Below are positions 59,835 through 64,000 of a DNA stretch of 64,000 bases, one piece after another. This DNA is from Podarcis muralis (taxonomy: Eukaryota). Position 1 is the stretch's first letter. Every line of letters starts with the position of its first letter. The stretch spans positions 114,514,001 through 114,578,000 of the forward strand of contig NC_135656.1 in NCBI RefSeq assembly GCF_964188315.1, in the 5' to 3' direction. The notes under the pieces were generated by a model. It searched no databases and was not told the origin of the DNA. It was given only the letters and a program-made list of their open reading frames with translations. The translations under genes and the position numbers were made by a program.

Positions 59835-61236
59835 CAGTGGTACCTCGGGTTACTTACGCTTCAGGTTACATATGCTTCAGGTTACAGACTCTGCTAACCC
59901 ACAAATAGTGCTTCAGGTTAAGAACTTTGCTTCAGGATGAGAACAGAAATCGTGCTCCGGTGGCACGGCAGCAGCAGGAGGTCCCATTAGCTAAAGTGGT
60001 GCTTCAGGTTAAGAATGGACCTCCAGAACGAATTAAGTACTTAATCCAAGGTACCACTGTATTTAACTTGAGGGAAGCTGAGCTATGGTACTCCTTGCCA
60101 CTGACTCCCCATGTGTTCCCACACTCAGTTCAAAGTGCTGGTTTTAACCTTTAAAGCTCTTCATTCATTCAGTGTTTTATTTGTACAGTGGTACCTCAGG
60201 TTAATACTTAATTCGTTCTGGAGGTCCGTTCTTAAACTGAAACTGTTCTTAACCTGAAGCACCACTTTAGCTAATGGTGCCTCCTGCTGCTGTCGCGTCA
60301 CCGGAGCACAATTTCTGTTCTCATCCTGAAGCAAAGTTCTTAACCCGAGGTAATATTTCTGGGTAAGCGGAGTCTGTAACCTGAAGTGTATGTAACCTGA
60401 AGCATATGTAACCCAAGGTACCACTGTATGCTTTTTTTCCACCACCCCCCACCCCCCCAAAAATTGCTCAAAGCGGCTTACAACAAATGAAGCCGAAATG
60501 TATTTCAAAGCCAAGCACTGCGAAACAATTACAAAGCTGCACAATAAAACAACAACACGATATCAAATATAGCAACATACAAAACAACGGCAACATTTCC
60601 ATATAATGTTAATCAGCCAAAGGCCTGGTTATAGAGAAATGTTTTTGCCTGCCACCTAAGGCACCAGGTGAACCTCAGTGGAGAGAGAGCATTCCACAAA
60701 TGGGGAGCCACCACAAAAAAGGCCGTTTTCATGTTGCCGCCATCCAGGCCTTTTGTGGAGGAGGCACACGAAGAAGCACCTCGGATGATGATCCCAGGGC
60801 TCAGTTGCTCAGAGTCCCTCTCCTCCTACAGCAACTTGCAAGTCTTCCAAAGACAAGAGGTGGGGTAGCTGGAAACACCTCTCCCATAATGTTGCTCTTC
60901 ACGGCTTGGTGACAGAATGCTCCACATGTGCCTGTTCGTGTTTTCACCTGAGGAAGCTCAGTCTTGCCTGATATTGGAAGCTAAGCAGGGTCAGTACTTG
61001 GTTAGTACAGTGTTACCTCACGTTAAGAACTTAATTCGTTCTGGAGGTTCGTTCTTAACCTGAAACTGTTCTTAACCTGAGGTACCACTTTAGCTAATGG
61101 GGCCTCCCGCTGCTGCCGCCGCACCGCCGCCATGCGATTTCTGTTCTCATCCTGAAGCAAAGTTCTTAACCCGAGGTACTATTTCTGGGTTAGCAGAGTC
61201 TGTAACCTGAAGCATCTGTAACCCGAGGTACCACTG
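59835..61236. mobile_element. Three Tc1/mariner-type MITEs (59835-60059, 60186-60426, 61008-61236)
   Basis: TA|cagtg(g/t)tacctc...gaggtaccactg|TA; first two in opposite orientation. Confidence 0.85.
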
Positions 61237-61383
61237 TACTTGGATGCAAGACTTCCTGGGTGGTTACCATAGAAACTGAATTTCTGGTGGTGGCATCCTA
61301 ATTATAAAATTCACTCACCTGATGTCTGCTTCGGTGTCATTCTTGCATCAAAGCTTTAAAAAAAATCCTGGCTTGTTCTAGGG

Positions 61384-61635
61384 CAGGGGTAGGCAACCTA
61401 AAGCCTGGGGGCCAGATCTGGCCCAATTGCCTTCTCAATCCAGCCCGCTGATGGTCCGGGAATCAGCGTGTTTTTACATGAGTAGAATGTGTCCTTCTAT
61501 TTAAAATGCATCCCTGGGTTATTTATGGGGCATAGGAATTTGTTCATTATTTTTTTTCCAAAATACAGTCTGGCCCACCACATGGTCTGAGGGACGATGG
61601 ACCGGTCCATGGCTGAAAAAGGTTGCTGACCCCTG
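61384..61635. mobile_element. hAT-type MITE
   Basis: caggggtaggcaacct/aggttgctgacccctg; perfect TSD TTCTAGGG. Confidence 0.88.
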
Positions 61636-62525
61636 TTCTAGGGTAACTGAGTGGGGATCACAACTCTGTACACATCCTTAAAAGGGTGGGAGATGAATGC
61701 GCTAAAATAAATCACTCCTTGTAATAATGCACTCACATGTTGAGCGCTGGCAACTTTTAAGCCACAATGGGGTTGTGTAGAAACAGAGGGAGGTATAGCC
61801 AGGATTGGTGGAATCCAAATAATAGAATCATAGGATTGGAAGCGACCCTGAGGATCAGCTAAGCCCAACACTCTGCAGTGCAGGAATATGCAGCTGTCCC
61901 ATATGGGGATCGAACCTGCAACCTTGGCATTATCAGCACCATGCTCTAACCAACTGAGCTATCCATGTTTGCTGATGTACAAGAATATACTGTCGGAGGG
62001 AGGGGGGAGTAAGTGGGATTGGAGAATGAAATGAAGTGTCCCAGCTAACTGGAAGCGTGAAAAGCAGCCTTTCTCTTTGGAGGTGAGAACACAATGCACC
62101 ATTTTTTGCTGCAGCTTCCACTTGTAAAAAAAACAAAAACAAAATACACTTCTTACTAGGGAGAAGAGCAATGTTCTCCTTGTGGCCTCACTTGTTGTTT
62201 GTGCTTTTTGTCCTTCAGGGCAGCCACAGACGAGCGAAGACGTCTGAGGAAGATTGGCATCGGCCTGAGCTCTTGGGGGTCTGCTTATTATCATTATTAT
62301 CATTTATTGAATTTATATACCCCCCTATACCCGGAGGTCTTAGGGCGGTTCACAGAAACTCTTATCATGGCTGGAGTTCTGCTTCGACTTGCTGCCGCCT
62401 TGCTGTAATTGCAGTTACGAAGCAAAGCTTTCCACTACGTTGGCCTGAAAGGGGATGGAGGGACAGAGCTTAGCTAGGATCGTCGCTTATTAAAAAAAAA
62501 GAGATAGGGTGGTTGTGGGTAGAAA

Positions 62526-63314
62526 ATGACGACAGAGAAGGCAGCAGAATTCTCGCCCCTAGACCTTCATGAGTTTGACCAGCACGTGAAGCCAGAAATA
62601 AAAATGGAGAGGCGAGAACGTGGATCCAGGAGAGGGCTGCAAAGAACCGGGGAGACCTCCCTGGCCGCCGAGGTGGAGACGGTTATTGTTGCAGCATCGC
62701 CGCAAGGCATTAAACAGGAAGTTGGTGAAGGACCGTCATCCCAGCAGTGGGACGGGCAGTGGCAGGACTACCCAGATGCCTCAGAGTCCCCTCTGTCAGG
62801 GCAGGGAGACCTGGAACTGGAAGAGACAGGATTGACGGACGATGTTAAGGATTCCCTTTCCCACTCCGAAAGAGCAGTGTCCACCAGCCGGTGGGCTAAA
62901 GGCAGGACAAGGCCCCGGCTCGGGACGGGACGCACCCGGACAGCCCAAGAGGCTCAAAGTGTGAAAAGCGACAGCGGGAGCAGCGACGAGCAGGCAAGCG
63001 AGGCCGAGGCCACAGAGTCCATCAGTCCTGAATGCCAGCGCCAGCGCTTCCGGCAGTTTGGCTATGAAGAAGCTGAGGGGCCGTGGGAGGCCTACTGTCA
63101 ACTGCGGAGGTTTTGCCACCAGTGGCTCATGCCGGAGAGGCACACCAAAGAGGAGATCCTGGAGCTGGTGATTCTGGAGCAATTCTTGGCCATCCTGCCC
63201 CCGGAAATGCTGAGCTGGATCCGAGAACGTGACTCAGAGAGCTGCTTCCACGCTGTAGCCCTTGCTGAGCATTTTCTCCTGAGGCAGCGAGAGGCTCAGA
63301 GGCAGGACCAACAG
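62526..63314 (+). CDS. SCAN-domain ZNF gene, first coding exon (continues beyond the window)
   Basis: 789-nt open frame; [60 protein letters not shown] domain; donor CAG|gtattt; likely acceptor at 62218/62219. Confidence 0.92.
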
Positions 63315-64000
63315 GTATTTTCTTCTCAACGGTCCTGAGCTGGCCGTGCTATTGGTGGTAGGATGTATGTAAGCTGTGGTACTTAGCTGGCAGCAGTAGT
63401 GGGGAACCTGGGGTCTGTGGGCCTAATTAGGGCCACTTAAGCCTCCCAGGTTGTCTTGCCGGGCCATTTGAACCCTGTGCCTTTGCAAGCACAGATGATC
63501 ACAGCAGCAAGCACTGAAAAATCAGTTGCCCATCAGTACCTGCGAAGCCCTGCAGTTTGCAATCGCCAGGCATCGGGTGGTGACGGGCAGTGCTGTGTGT
63601 GTTTGTTTTTTTCAAACCACCCAGGCAAACGGAAACAGGTCACCTGACGTTGTTGTGGCGTCAGGTGATTGGCAGGGGTGGGTCAGGATTCAGCCCGCTG
63701 GCTGGACCCGGTTCCCTTTCCCTGGCTTACAGGATGAGTCATTCTGGTAATAGTCGCTTTGTGTGACTGGGAGAGATGCAAACCAGGTCAAGCAAAAATG
63801 TCCCATGGAGCACTTTCTTTACAAGGAAAGGCTTTTTTGCTTCCGGAGGGGGGAAGATGCAACAAAAGTGGGTAGGGACATGAGCGAGATTTACAGCATT
63901 CATGCATAAAGTAGAGGAAGAGACAGAAATGTTTTTGTTCTTTGCAGTGCTAGACTTTGCAGCAGGGTGATTGGGGTGGGAAATATCCTCCAGTGAGATT

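Noticed and set aside
59835-60426. Inverted MITE pair as a special hairpin system
   Set aside because: Two clearly diverged copies of a very abundant family, each with its own TA flanks; likely independent insertions

Overview
Vertebrate genomic DNA, very likely a lacertid lizard (inferred from abundant Sauria-type SINEs plus L2/CR1/RTE/Penelope fragments and Tc1/mariner and hAT MITEs). It is a gene-dense, repeat-rich KRAB/SCAN zinc-finger and TRIM-B30.2 cluster. From left to right: (1) a minus-strand KRAB-ZNF gene (KRAB-A 15414-15543, KRAB-B 14208-14321, two separate 4-finger exons 10767-11453 and 7032-7643, then probably a KRAB-B-like exon and a further exon leaving the window); (2) inside its putative intron, a 1.6-kb Penelope-derived palindrome (803-bp arms, 10-nt spacer, 1 mismatch) with a hammerhead-ribozyme core in each arm; (3) a plus-strand TRIM27/39-like cluster with two intact 7-exon RING-B-box-coiled-coil-PRY/SPRY genes (each 477 aa by my exon assembly), three relics and a decayed extra PRY/SPRY exon, with an ISRE/IRF-E motif upstream of all four RING starts; (4) a minus-strand SCAN-ZNF gene with two in-frame stops; (5) the first coding exon of an intact plus-strand SCAN gene. 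All exon models come from manual reading of splice sites and phases. No database search was run, so family names for repeats are by recognition only. No CRISPR, rRNA or true tRNA genes were found.
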